From Lytechinus pictus (Eukaryota), in contig NC_087252.1 in the NCBI RefSeq assembly GCF_037042905.1, positions 8,310,001 to 8,374,000 on the forward strand: a stretch of 64,000 nt of DNA. The letters run 5' to 3'. The position numbers were made by a program, and so were the translations under genes. Below, piece after piece: positions 26,051 through 39,479 of this stretch. The notes beneath the pieces are model-generated. The model worked only from the letters and a program-made list of their open reading frames with translations. It was not told where the DNA came from and ran no database searches. Within the stretch, counting starts at the first letter, position 1. Each line of letters begins with the position of its first letter.

Positions 26051-29023
26051 GGTTCTATTCAAATATTTTAATGGTGAAGTAGTACATCTGGATAACATCC
26101 AGTGGTCTGGTGTGTCCAAAAATCCAAGATGGCTTTCAAAAATTGAGTTTAAAATGGCTGTTAATACTTAAAGTGGACATAGCTCATATCATATCGACCT
26201 GGGAGATATGATTCTGGTGTCTAAACCATGGTTTCAATGGTCAAATAATACATTTGGACAAGTTACAAGGACAGTCAGTGGTCCGGTATGTTAAAAAATC
26301 CGAGATGGCTTCCAAAAATGGAGTAAAGAAATGCTGTTGCTACTTAAAAAACCCAACATAGTTTGTTCAATATCCGGGAATAATATTTTGTGCCCATACC
26401 ATGATTAAATGGGTCAAATAATACATTGGGATAAGTTACAAGGACGATGGGTGGTCAAGTATGTCCAAAAGCCATGGTGGCTAAAAAAATAGTATATATT
26501 AGCCGCTGGTAGTTATAAAATGACATAGTTCATTTAAAATCCACCAAGGATCACACTATGGTGTCATGGTTAATATAATACGTTTGGAATGGTTACATTG
26601 ATATGCAGTTGTCCAATTTGCCTAAAAATCCAAGAGGGTTTTCAAAAATAGCATCTAAAACGACTGATATCACTCAATAGTGGTCAGAGTTCTACAATAT
26701 CTATCTGTAAGAAATAATGTTGCTGTCTAAATTGTGGTATGAAGGGTCAAATAATACATTCGGACACGTAACAAGGATGGTTAGTACTACATTTTGTCAA
26801 AAAAAATCCATGGTGGATTCTAAAATTTCATCAAAATGGGTGCTGTTACCAACTCATGACACAATATGATAACTTATCCCCATACACTTTAAGTGTAGGC
26901 ACCAATATTTTTTCTCACCGGTTGACATTGTTTGTACTGTGTCCATTTTTAACAGCAGTCACTTTGGAACCCATTTTTTGAAGCCAACATTGATTTTAAG
27001 GCAAAATGGTTAACTGCATATTATGGTAACCAGTCCCAAAGTATTTTCTGACCCTTGAAACCCTAGTGTAGACATCTAAATAATATCTCCAAGTAACAAC
27101 AGTCATTTAAAACCGCATTTTTTAAAGCCATCTTCGATTTTTTTGGACATACCTGACATCTGACTATCCTTTCAACTTGACCCAATATATTACTTGACCC
27201 TGCAAACCCCAGTATACACACCAAAATCATACCTCCAAGGTGTATTTCTAATAAACTATGTATACTTTTAAGTAACAACAGTCTATTTACACCCCATTTT
27301 TTAATTCACCTTGGATGTTTTCAACATACAGATAACTGACTGGTCTTGTAACTTACCCTAGTGTACTACTTGACCCTTTAAACCATGGCTTAGACACCAA
27401 ACTCATATTCCCCAGACAGATATTAAACAAATTATGCCCTTTTATAAGTAACATTAGACATTTTAACCTCTTTTTTGGAAGCCATCTTGAAATTTTTGAC
27501 ATACCAGACAACTGTCTGTCATTGTAACTTGTGCTAATATATCATTTGACCCTTGAAACCATATTTTAGACACCGAAATCATATCTCACAAGTGGATATA
27601 AAATGAGCTATGCCCTTTTTAAGTATCAGCAGCCATTTTAGAATCAATTTTGGGAAGCCATATTGGATTTTTGGTCATACCAGACCAATGTCTGTCCTTA
27701 AAACGTGCCCTAATGAATTATTTTAACCCTTGAAACCAGTGGTTTAGACACCAAAATCGCATCTCCCAGGCCGATATGAAATAAACTATGTCCACATTAA
27801 GTAACAGCAGTCAATTTAGAATCAGTTTTTGGAAGCCAACATATTTTTTGAAATACCAGGCCAATGACTGTCCTTGTACCTTGCTCTAGTGTATTAATTG
27901 ACCCTTGAAACAAGTGGTTTAGAAACCAAAATCACATCTCCCAGGCTAATATTGAAGTGAGCAATGTCCGCTTTAAGTATCAGCAGCCTATTTTTAAGAT
28001 CAATTTTTGGAAGCCATCTTCGATTTTTGGACATACCAGACCACTGACTGCCCTTGTAACTTATCCTAATACTGTATATCATTTGACCCTTGAAACCAGT
28101 GGTTTAGACATCAAAATCACATCTTCCAGGCCAAAATGAAATGAGCTATGTCCGCTTTAAGTATTAGCAGCCATTTCAAATTCATTTTCTTTTAATCCAT
28201 CGCGGATTTTTGCACATACCAGACCACTGACTTTCCTTGTAACTTGCCCCAATGTATTATTTGACCCATTTTACCATGGTATAGATACCGTCAAAATCAT
28301 ATTCCCGGATATTGAGCAAACTATGTCGTTTTTTTAAAGTAGCAACAGCAATTTTAGACTCCATTTTTGGAAGACATCTTGGATTTTTTAACATACTGGA
28401 ACACTGAATGTCCTTGTCACTTTTCCCAATATCTTATTTGACCATTGAAAACATGGTCTAGGCATAAAAATCATTATGTCCCAGGTGGATATGAATGAAC
28501 TATGTCCATTTTAATTATCAACAACCATTTTGAACTCCATTTTCGGAAGCCATCTTGGATTTTTGGACACCATCTTGGATTTGTTTGACACACCAGACCA
28601 CTGGCCGTCCTTGTATCTTGTTCCAAATACTACTTCACCCTTCAAGCAATTGAATAAAAACCAAATTGAAGCCACTTAGATGAATTGTGGATTTTCAGCC
28701 TACGGCAGTCATTTTGGGCGCCATCTTGGATTTACCAGGTACGTGTACACTGGAGGGCTTATAAGTCACTCTAGCCTGTATCAACAATGTTTTACCCCCT
28801 AGACCATGGAATATGAATCGAAATAGGATTCTAGGGTGGATAATGAGTGAGTTGTATCCACTTTAGTGAAGGGCAGCCATCTTGGATGCCATCTTGAAAT
28901 AACAAATTTTCCGGATGCGGATTTGTTATTCCTGAGGTCAAATAGTACAAAAACCCGTGGAAAAACAATTTGTTGCAATTTGTTCCGGGTAAAGGTATTT
29001 TTGATCGTATATTGACCCGTCTA
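26051..29023. mobile_element. Second Academ-like foldback family, left end truncated
   Basis: The same ~120-bp CAAGATGGC/GCCATCTTG repeat forms two opposed arrays (switch near 26860). The right terminus reads ...ATATTGACCCGTCTA (TAG start on the minus strand). It is preceded by a Tc1-like end TA|CAGTGCGTCCCAGAAAAAA at 25935. Confidence 0.7.
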
Positions 29024-29595
29024 GTTTTCACATATCCCGGCGTTTGCACATAACATGGCTCCATAGCCCCCCCCCCGGGTATTGGCCACAGTCTTTAGTT
29101 TTGAAAATGGAACAAAATCAGTTCTTGCTCTGATGATGGTTTGTCAGACAAAATTATAATTTTCAGTAAGTGGTAAAGATACCCTTTCAAAGTAAAGTAC
29201 ATTTCCATAATCATGATTATTAATAGAAGCAGTAAAAAAAACATGCCCCAACGAAAAGCACTGCCCACATCCTGTATATGAATGCATTATTAATGTATTT
29301 GAATTCTTAAGCGAGAGTTTCTATATAGAAAAACACACATTTTTTACGCATATTTTACGAAGTGATCACGAGAAACGACATTCAAACAACGCCTCGAATT
29401 GTACCTCACCTCTCCGCATATCCACTTCCAACCAAGTGAGAAAAACTGTAATGAAAAAATGAAATTGTCTGGGGAGCTTTAGACTTATATTATTACCAAA
29501 TGAAATAACAAAAAAGCGAAATGAATAATTATATGCACTAACTTTCAATGACGTGAGGTGAAAAAGCTATGTAAAAATACATACAGAAATCTTAC

Positions 29596-29949
29596 CGTAA
29601 ACTTTCAGCTCAGAAATGATGTCAAGAACCGCTGGTTGTCCTTGTCGTTCAACATCGCATCTATAGGTCCCCTCATATGCAATGGTTATGTATTTGAGAT
29701 AGAGTGTTGCACTGTCCTTCTGCAAACCTGCACGACCTATATATGATTGTTCCACCTTCAAGTCACCATTAGCAAGGGTGAGGATCTTCTGAGTATTGTT
29801 GTAGTACCAGTAAATGTTACGTAACGTGCCCTCCCCGAAGAGACACGTAATATTAACCGTGTTGCCAATTGTTGCGGACAGTTTTTGGGTGGTTCCAAAG
29901 ACGGTCGCAGTAGCAAATGCCAATAAGACTGTAACGGCGAATGATGGGT
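29596..29949 (-). CDS. Ig receptor exon 2: signal-peptide core plus first IgV domain
   Basis: ctactcag/gtaaga boundaries, 354 bp, phase 1-1; SFAVTVLLAFATATVFG, GNTVNITC, IYWYY, ATLYL, EGTYRC, ELKVY. Confidence 0.88.
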
Positions 29950-30238
29950 CTGAGTAGGATATAACCCCCAAAAAACATTAGCATAATAATGATGCCATAA
30001 ATATGATATATATTTCAGAGATCTGATAATTTGAAATAAAATTTGGTTTAATGACGAATGTGAGGAGATTAAACAAAAACGTGAATATATAAAAAAAACT
30101 TTGCAAAATATCATACAATGACTGTCGCGTTCAAATTTAGTTAGAAAATATGTAAGATTAATGAATGCCATTAGAGCCAAATATGTTCTGGTTAAGAAAA
30201 GCTTGTCAAGCTGAGAAAACTTAAAATATTTTACTTAC

Positions 30239-30260
30239 ATCGTGAAAAAAAATCTTTCAT
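30239..30260 (-). CDS. Candidate first coding exon of the Ig receptor (MKDFFSR)
   Basis: ATG...CGA T|GTAAGT, a consensus phase-1 donor, in frame with exon 2. Confidence 0.5.
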
Positions 30261-31504
30261 TCATTCGGAGGAGATGGAACTTACAGTCCCCGTTAATTAC
30301 AGTACCCTAAAGTCTTAGCGTGGTCATTGTAAATCCTCCCTTCCTCCATTTATGAACGTTTTGTCAGTCACTCTTTCACTCTTGAAAGTAATAAAATGAT
30401 AATAATAATACATAAAATTTATATAGCGCACTTTCCATCTTGATTTCCTTGCCCCATACCGACGCTCCATCGCATGTAGAAAGTGACATGGAGGGGATGA
30501 AGTCAGAGTTAGCCCCACATCAGAAAATATTCCCCCTCCAATTTCAAGTAGGCCTATAGCCCAAGTGTAATCAGGTAGTCAGGACTAATTCCATATTGCT
30601 CTCAGTCCCGTATGTCCTTTTTGTCTGCCTCACGACGAGACAAACGAGGTATGTTTTTGCATGTACCTATAATCCGATTTGTTGTTGAGTGGCAAATTTT
30701 TCTTTATCGTAATTACAACTTTTTGATTAAATCATGTACTGGGTATAGACAGGTATGACAGGCATACACATATTTATATGTGTGTGTGATGGTGTGTGAG
30801 GGTGCATATGTGTATGTATATAATTATGAAGAAGGTGTCGAAGATCAGTTGCTGACTTGTTAGTTTCGAATACTTATTTTCAGTAAAGTAGATAAAGCAG
30901 TAGACTGATACCAGAAAAATGAAAGAGTTAAAAACGTACAAAGCAAACAAAATTTTATATGCAAAACTAGACCTGGCAATGATTAACTTATCAATGACAT
31001 TACGATAAAAATGTACTAAATACGTACTTTGAATTATGATTATCAAGATATATGGTTTCATAATAAACAATGTATTATTTGTGGCCCTGCCGAAGTTTGT
31101 ATAGAATAGGTAGAACAACCATTTTGTCCTTAACATAACATAAATACAAAAGAAGTACATAATAATAAAGTTTAATTTGGTTTTATATAATTGTGAGACC
31201 TTTTTGGGAAAAATTTTCCTTGATTTAGCTGGAATTCGTTAAAAACAAAGTAAACTACGTTGACTTTGCAATGGGAGAAAACTGCCACTCTGGAACTCTT
31301 TTTCCCGGTGCAAGATCAATTTTCAATTGGCCAAGACTCCATATATATGGTATGTTATTTTTTAAATCACGAATTGATTTACACAGTTAAAAGTACACGT
31401 ATCACATGCTGAATGCAATAAATAACATACAACTGAATATTGAATCATACATGAATTTAAGATAAAATAGTAATGTAGAACACACGCATGATTAAAACAA
31501 AGTA

Positions 31505-31650
31505 AAAGAAGAAGAAGAAGAAGAAGAAGAAGAGGAGGAAGTGGAGGAAGAGCAGAAGGAATAGAAGAAGCAGAGGTAGGATTGAAGAAGGAGAAGAAAA
31601 GGAAGAAGACAATGAAAAAAAAAAAAGAAAGTTGAAGAAAAAAAAAAAAG
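31505..31650 (+). repeat. (GAA)n and purine-rich low-complexity tract
   Basis: Directly visible. Confidence 0.9.
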
Positions 31651-31864
31651 ATAAAAGTTCATACAATATTAGACTATATTGCAAAATAAGAATACAGATC
31701 TGATGTAAAAGGTAACATTTTGAATTGTGCATTGAGGTTTTGACGAAGATAAGATTCACTACAACATTTGAAATAGACATGTTTAGAAATATATTGTTAT
31801 TATAAGGGTAAACATGGTAAAGTTCGTTTGCTAGTAACTTTTCTTGAACTACAGTAAAATTTAA

Positions 31865-31870
<6 letters not shown>

Positions 31871-31921
<51 letters not shown>
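31871..31921. repeat. (TA)n microsatellite
   Basis: Directly visible. Confidence 0.95.
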
Positions 31922-31923
<2 letters not shown>

Positions 31924-34795
31924 CCTAGTTATATTTGAAATTGTAATGTTTTCTGAACTGGTTTTTATCCCCCGCCAATCCGATGATTTGCACAATTTTT
32001 ATTTTTAGATCAAATGAATGTAAGAGTTAACTCTAATGTATGTACATGTATATACTAAGTTGTAATTCGTGCCAATGCCCATTTTTCTTGCCATAATCTC
32101 ATCGACCACACATCTCACCTTTTTTTTCTCTCTTCGTTGACTTATTCTTTGTAATTTTTTATCTCTTTCTGCTATATCTTTACAAGGTTAAAACCAGCTT
32201 TGCGTCCATATTTTCCTCCTTTTTTTTTTACTCTCCCCTTTCCGTTGGTCTTGTTTTCCATATTTTCCCTTCATCTGCCCCTCCTTTACCTTTCATTTCT
32301 GTCTCTGTCCACCCACTCTCTTCCCTTTTCCACTCTTTTCATCATTCATCCTATCCTATCTTCTCTCTCTTTCTTTTTTCCCTTTATTTTTGTCCCCGTA
32401 TTACATGGTTATACATGCAATATAGCATTTAATGCCCTAGTTGCTTTTTGTTCGAATTACACCTTCACACTTCTTGACGTTTGCTTCATCGATCAACATG
32501 TTACTTTTTAAAGTGTTTTTTTTTCTTGGTATATCTTTTATGATTGTATAATATGATTATCGGTTGGTTGTAATTTTTTGCTTAAATTTCATCTTTATAA
32601 TATTGTACTTTGCCTTTGTTTATACTGTGCACTGGATTTTTCAGTCTTTTGACTGTTTTGCAAGTTTTCTTATTGAATAAATACCATACTACTACTACAT
32701 ATTAGATGAATCGTGGGCGATACAGAGATTGTTTTTCTTCATTTGACTTATGTTGCCTGTTTATACATTGTTAAAACATTACGGACCAAATCTCAATATG
32801 AAAAATAGTCTAAAAGATAAAATCAGAAATTAAAATAAGGCAAAAAGTATGAATGTTATATCCCTGCTAGATACAAGGTATAAGTCACAGATAAATACAA
32901 CATAAAAAAGTGGTAAAAGAATTGGATTTTGAAATCATGTTACATTATTGCTGGTTTAAAAAGCCTTACCAAATATAAACATGTATATAAGTGCATCGAA
33001 TCCAAAACTTTGTTTTATTTTTCTATATGAATACTAGTATTTTAAAAGTGAACCAATAAATTAGTAAAGTTACCGCCCTTCCACACGGTACCAATATCGT
33101 AATTTTAATGATGATTCCAGTGAAAAATAATTCTAATGACGATTTTTTAGCACGTTAATCATGTTAATTGAAACCAAACTAGAATTACGCACGCTAATCA
33201 AAGTCACGAATTCAAATTCTACTCCGGAGGTGCATTCCAGGTAAGTTTCACTCAAATTACTGTACGAATTTTACGTCTGAAAGGGTTGATCTCCAAAAAA
33301 TATTTTGAGGGGCGGAGCTTACGTGACCTTTTAAGCACTTCCGTAGATAATACAATTGCCATGCACTCCTCGTAGTTTTTTTTTTTGCGATGCAGCGCTT
33401 TGATTGGGTTTGATTGACAAGTCACCAAGGAAACAGTACCGCCTTCGTTTAGGAATTCGAATTCAAATCACAATTTTCGAGTGAATGGTTCAATGATTCT
33501 AAGACAAATTGCAATCAACATTACAATGATGATTCAAGATTCTCGTGTGAAAAGGCTCTAAAATATCTAAAATTATTTTCCTCGTTTTGCCCCCTCCCCC
33601 TCCTCTCTTTTCTTCTTTGTGTTTCCCTGTCTCTCTTCTCTTTCGTAATTTCGTAAATGTTAATTTCTTACGTACAGTCTTTGAGAATTTATATATAATT
33701 CATTTTATGTAATTCAGCTTTGAAGCTATGCGGAATTTATCCCAATTTCAATTGTATTATATTCTAACTTTGCACACGCTTTAGAAAAAAATATGTCACC
33801 ATTACTTTATTATGAAATAATTCACTCAATTATTTTTCATGTTTTTGGAAAAGATTCTGAATCATTTCGTGTGAGTCGGAATTAATGGCAAATCATTTGT
33901 TGGTAACACGTGGGACAAAATGGCACTAATAGTTTGGAATAATGAAGTACATTTAAACAATTCGTCAGTGATTTTACGAACTGGCTCAAACCTCGGCTGG
34001 TCTCCAAAACATGATTTCGAGATAACCGCCTTCAAAGTTTGGATGTTTTTAGGTGTTTGTAACTTCGCGCTTTGAAATAAACCAGATCAATTATTTATAC
34101 AAATTTAAAGCATGCATTCTATTATTTTATAATATACAACATTTTGTCCCGCAATTCGTATCCGTTATTTCAATATTTGAAATGTAGCGCATGTATGCAT
34201 TGTAGAAGCTGGCAATTCTTTTATAACGGAGTTTCATGTTTCAATTTGATGATATCTGCTGTACCGTGATCACATGAAATGGCTTAGGTTTGGTTTTTCT
34301 TCTGTTATTGACTGACATGCCAGGGAACGTGTTGAGAAACAAGTATTAAACGAAATATCCACTTTAAACGACCTAAACGTAACACAAACATGCTGGACAT
34401 GCTGGGGATGTCAGATCCAGCTGGTACGAAATAGGTTAATGTTGTGTTTACCTAGGATTACAATTTTAATTTGGTTAGTAAGGTAGTTACAAAATATTTA
34501 AATGAATTTGTTTTATTACATATCTGCGTAAGCTTTTAAAGTGTTATCGACTTGTATAGATGTCGATAAAGTTTACCTCTTTAATTCGACATAATGATAT
34601 TATTGTATCAACATGGCGAGATGCATTATCTCGCCAATATGACATGCGAACAGGTGTAGGTCAATTTGGCGATATACATTTTGTATGTCGCCTTAACCAG
34701 ATAATAGGGAGTTTTCTCATGCACTACGGGGAAATCTCTACAACTCGTCGATTCCTATGAAATGCAAATAAAATCACAATTGGAGACCTGAGAGG

Positions 34796-35444
34796 CTGTT
34801 GTTGAAGCACGATGAATAAGAAGAGTCACTGTATCGAGTTGAAATGTCCCTGAAGACGATGTTGATGATGATTAACAGTCAATTTCAGCAATCCATGGGT
34901 TGAAAAGCGTTCATTAAAACAGCTTGATGCTCTCGATGAGAACTGAGAATTCCTCTCTCAAAGTAACTGCAAACAGTTCATTGATGGCGTGCAAATAATT
35001 CCACAGAAGATACATATTCCAGGTGGAAATAAACTCTTCTCTGATATAAAGTCTGGCGTGAAACTCTGAGTTCTGATATGATGTGATCTCTTTGAAGAAA
35101 CTGCCAGCCTATTCTGGAAGCTTCTAGTATTGCCTACAAAAAGAACATTCTCCTTCTTTATGGAGCAATTAATTTCTAGAAGACTCTTGAATGACCTTAG
35201 TGAAATTAACAATTGTAAACAACATAGCTAATCCTATTATTTATTTCCACTACCACTGGGAATCTTATTGTGTAGCAATCTCTATTCAGAAATAACAAAG
35301 AGTACTAAAAGATTACTCATGTCTAACAAGGCTTTACTGAGACATTCTGGAATATTCTTAAACATTATATGCTATGAATATCCTCAAAGAGGAAATAACT
35401 AAATAATTGAATATAATTGCTCTTACACTTCTACTTAAATAACA
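34796..35444 (-). mobile_element. Diverged, 3'-truncated solo LTR related to the Gmr1-like element at 731-7771
   Basis: The reverse complement starts TGTTATTTAAGTAGAAGTGTAAGAGCAATTA and contains GAGAGAGGAATTCTCAGTTCTCATCGAG and GAACGCTTTTCAACCCATGGATTGCTG, both shared with the LTRs. Confidence 0.9.
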
Positions 35445-35622
35445 ATACAACTATCAAAATGTCGACTAAGCGAGACACCTATCTCACAACAACTGGGTAA
35501 GATACATTGTCTCGCCATCTCTACAAGTCGATGGCCCCTTAAAACTTCCGTAAATATCAAAAAGTACAGTTCGTTTTCCGCCATTTTTCTTGGCACGGCG
35601 TGAAAATGAGAATTCTACTTAC

Positions 35623-35638
35623 CTTTAGTGCTTGACAT
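35623..35638 (-). CDS. Alternative candidate first coding exon (MSSTK)
   Basis: ACC ATG TCA AGC ACT AAA G|GTAAGT: good Kozak context, consensus phase-1 donor, in frame with exon 2. Confidence 0.4.
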
Positions 35639-35833
35639 GGTGTTTTGGTTGTCGGCCTTTTTTCAGAGATCATGATAGATTCTGGACCATCGTGGACAAT
35701 CTCCTAAGTGCGTGGGTCCGTACCTATTCTCAAAGAACTGACTATAACCAATTTTGCATATTAATATAAAACCCTGTTTAATAAACGCTAACGGTTGACG
35801 ACGGAGTACGTGCGTGTGTGTATGGGGGGGGGG

Positions 35834-37339
35834 CAGTTGCGTAGCTAGGATTTTTTTCCTGGGGGCACTGGGGGTACCTTGCTTTTTAATCATCGGGGGG
35901 GGGGCAACATTTTTTCTGTGTGTGTATGTGTCACAGGGGCGGATCCAGCTTTCGCCAATGAGGAAGTGGGGCCGATCGGCCGCTTAAAGTTGAGATTTCT
36001 TTGTTTGAAGGGGAAATCCTCACAGTCACTTCTTAGCTTTATTCTAAAACAACAAAAATATGAAATAATCTCATTTGAGCCCTATATAACAAGTACTAGT
36101 GCAAAGCGCGAGCTATTCTTTTGGGGAAACTTTATGCATTTTGTCCTGAAAAGTTAACATTCTGTGAATGTTTGTGATCCTAAACAAGACTATGTAACCA
36201 CCCAGAACGCCAAGCGTGAGCATTTTTAATAAAGGTTCTGGCGTGATCGAAAAGGGACCTTATGAGGACTGTTTGAGTCATCCATGAAGATGCTACATAT
36301 TTCACCAATGAAATTATGCGAGCGCGAAGCGGGAGCTCAAATTTTTGACATTCCGACCTAAAAAAAAATTGTCATTCTAAACTTTATGTAATCATGAAAG
36401 GGATAAGTATTTAAACAATTGATGTGAGCGCAAAGCGCGAGCGAGAGACAATTAAGATTTTAGACCTAAAAACGGGATACTCTATTCATGTTTTGCAAAT
36501 CATGAAAAGGGTGGGTAAATGGGTATTTCTTACATTAATAATGCAAGCGTGACGCGCGAGCGGGAAATCATTGATATTTTGATCTTAAACTGGATAATTT
36601 AAGCACATTTTCAATAAAGAACAAGCTGTTTAGACACCAAAATCATATATCTCAGGCAGATATTGAATGAACTATGTCCATTCGTAAGTAAAAACAGCCA
36701 TTTGAGACTCCATTTTTGGAAGCCATCTTGGATTTTCGGACAGACTTGACCACTACTGTCATTGTAACTTGTCCAAATTTATTACTTGACCATGAAAACC
36801 ATTGAACAGAAACAAAATAAAAGACATTAAATAAAGCAATAGATGAATAGTGGATTTTTAGGCTTTGGCAGCCATTTTGGATTTTTAGGTACCCTAGTCT
36901 GCTTATTTTCACTCTAACCTGTATCACTAGATCTTTTACCTCTTTAAACCATGAAATATGCACCGAAATTTGATGTTTAGTGTGAATATTGAGTGAGTTA
37001 TGTCTACTTTCTGTGAATGGGGGCCATTTTGGACGCCATCTTGGATTACGGAAAACCCCAAAGGAGGATTTATAAGGACTTTGAGTATTATATTTTCCTG
37101 GACCTATCCTGAAAAAATCAGCTTGTTACCAGAAATTTCCTTTCTTAAGCCTATTTTGGCCTAATGCTCTTGGCCTAATTCTGTTTTCTTCAATCTTTCC
37201 CCTTCTTTTTTTCTTTCTCTCCCTTTTTTGCTCCGCCAATTTTTCTCAGGGGTAGGGGGGCACACCAAATCCAAAGGCGGGGGAGGGGGGGCAGGGCCCC
37301 CTACCCCTGAGGCCCTGACCCCCCCTAGCTACGCCACGG
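35834..37339. mobile_element. Non-autonomous DNA element with CAGTGGCGTAGCTA-type termini; a related partial copy lies at 53457-54161
   Basis: CAGTTGCGTAGCTAGG...CCTAGCTACGCCACGG. Shares internal GTGTCACAGGGGCGGATCC and GGGGCACACCAAATC segments and GCGAGCGCGAAGCGCGAGC motifs with 53457-54161. Confidence 0.65.
36628..37177. mobile_element. Isolated right arm of the Academ-like family seen at 15606-18522
   Basis: Reverse complement of about 15606-16170; ends CCTAATGCTCTTGGCCTA. Confidence 0.85.
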
Positions 37340-37885
37340 GGTGGCGGTGTCATCGATCACATCATTTACATTATCTGCAAGTATTGTGAAAACTACATAA
37401 TACCACACAAATAAGAGTAAACACGATTATCGAATCATTGTTTTTAGTTTATAGTGCTAAAGAGCAAGTTTACATGTACGATATATATATATACATAATA
37501 CAAAATAAATATTAAGCATGCCATATATAATAAATTTCAATGGCTAACCGTCATTCACAACAGTATTAATGACATAGATATTGATTAATCAGGATTGAAT
37601 TCGTTGAAAAGTCAACAACGATTTTGATTAGTTGGCAGAATGGAAAAAACTTCATGCAAATCGATCTACCATTGTTATTTCATATTTGCCTAAATACATC
37701 GTGTTACCGTTTTCTGTAGTAGAAACAACCATGGAGAAGATAAATCACAAACTTGAAATTCAAACTTAGGACTGGAAATTTTAGTACCATGTATTATACT
37801 TTTTCAAGTAGTAAACAGAAAAGAATGAAGAAAAAAAAATAGAAAAAGAAGAGGAGGCTAAAAATTATATAGGCCTATTCCTATA

Positions 37886-39077
37886 CAGGGTGTTTCTTGA
37901 AAAGGGTATCCGAGAAGTTCAGAAGGTCAGCAATATCACAAATACATAACTCATCCTTGTGATTTCTATTGTATATAATTGAGTAACTCATGAACTTGAA
38001 TCTGACACGTAGCTTGCGTTACAATCGTCACAGGTCACAGAGTTATGGTCCATCGAAGGCGAAGGGTGCAAAACCCACTTTTTTTCCAAGTTACTAGTTT
38101 AAATGTACATGCACCAAACCAACATTAATTGTGAGAGTTTTTTTTATCAAAGTTATTTCCTTCAAATTTCTGTGAAATGCTATCCCCTTTGTTAACTTTT
38201 TGTGAGTGACTGGCATTTACATGTCAACTGCCTAGCTTCAATTTGTGCTGATTACGTAATTCACCCCTAGCTTTTGCACCAACACCTTCAACGTTTTCAC
38301 AGTACCTCCGCCGTCGATGCTGCATGTTTTGCATTGCTCTCTATAACTATTGCAGGAGTGTGATGAAGAGCATCTTATGCTAAACGAAGCTGGCTCAGTC
38401 GTTAAAGCGTCTGTCTGTAGAACCAAAGATCGTGGTTTCGAGTCCACCCCGGGCGGATGACTGAAGCCAGTGTGTTGTGTGTAAACGTCTCTTTCCCCTG
38501 TTCGTTAGATGCAGGCTATGTTGCAGTGAAAAACACTCCGTCCCTCTGATGTAAATATTCTGGGCGATTATTATCAAAATAAGCAAATTTATTATCCAAT
38601 TAGATTTTATTACCCAATTTTTACAGATTTAAACCAATATTGTGTTGACAGTATGTTGCCTAGGATTAGTTAAAAGTTGGGCATATTTTGCCTAACTATT
38701 TTAAGGGTGTAATAATAATGAATAAATATTAAACATGTGCCTTCAAGTCACTAAGGAAGTTGTCAACCAAAATTGCAGCTAGACACCAGTTATGTAACAT
38801 TGACACTCGCAAAAAAACTGCGTTGAAACCCAAACCTTATACAACCAAGTGAGTTTCGTGCATGTACATTAAAACTCATAACTGGCAAAAAGTAGGTCAT
38901 GTATCCTTTGATGGATCATAATTCTGTGGCTCATGACAATTGTGACGTAAGCAATGTCTCGAACTAAAGTTAATGAGTTACTCAATTATGCAGAAAAGAT
39001 ATCACAAGAATAAAGCATGTATTATTTATACACCAGACCTTGGAACTTCGGTTATCTTTTTTTATAGAAACACCCGG
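37886..39077. mobile_element. Tc1/mariner-like non-autonomous element with long imperfect TIRs
   Basis: TA|CAGGGTGTTTC...GAAACACCCGG|TA; arms at about 37886-38170 and 38790-39077 are reverse complements. Confidence 0.7.
38385..38590 (+). mobile_element. tRNA-derived SINE
   Basis: A box TGGCTCAGTCGTT and B box GTTTCGAGTCC, followed by a non-tRNA body; acceptor stem not intact. Confidence 0.75.
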
Positions 39078-39152
39078 TAGTTATGTTTACGTTCGTTTTA
39101 CCATATTATCCAGACTTTTGAAAGAAGTGGATGTCAACTTGGCGAGATACAT

Positions 39153-39479
39153 CCGGACTTTTCGCATTTACTACGGAAAAACTCTCTACAACGCACCAGT
39201 TTCTTGGAAAATGCGAGTCAAATCGCAACGGAGAGCTGAAAGGCTTTTGTCGAAAGTTGGTGGACCGGGACAGCATCGGAATCTCTTGTGTCTGGACAAC
39301 GATATATTTGCAATTGTTTGTCCACTGTAATTCTTCGGATCATCTTCTGTCCCGGTCCAGCAATATTCGACAAAATCCTCTTAGCTCTCCATTGTCATTT
39401 CAATTGCATTTTTCAAAGGAATAGATGCGTTGTAGAGAGATTTCCCTGTAGTAAATGCGACTTACTGGCGCAAATCCGG
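39153..39479. repeat. ~330-bp imperfect palindrome (probable MITE)
   Basis: TCGCATTTACTACGGAAAAACTCTCTACAACGCA pairs with TGCGTTGTAGAGAGATTTCCCTGTAGTAAATGCGA; TGGACCGGGACAG pairs with CTGTCCCGGTCCA; centre TGGACAA...TTGTCCA. Confidence 0.85.

Noticed and set aside
33200..33480. Host promoter (GC box, CCAAT, ETS-like motifs)
   Set aside because: The motifs lie between inverted GAATTC(G/A)AATTC-containing ends, suggesting a repeat, and no linked exon was established.
38385..38460. tRNA gene
   Set aside because: A and B boxes are present but the cloverleaf is broken and it runs into a SINE body.
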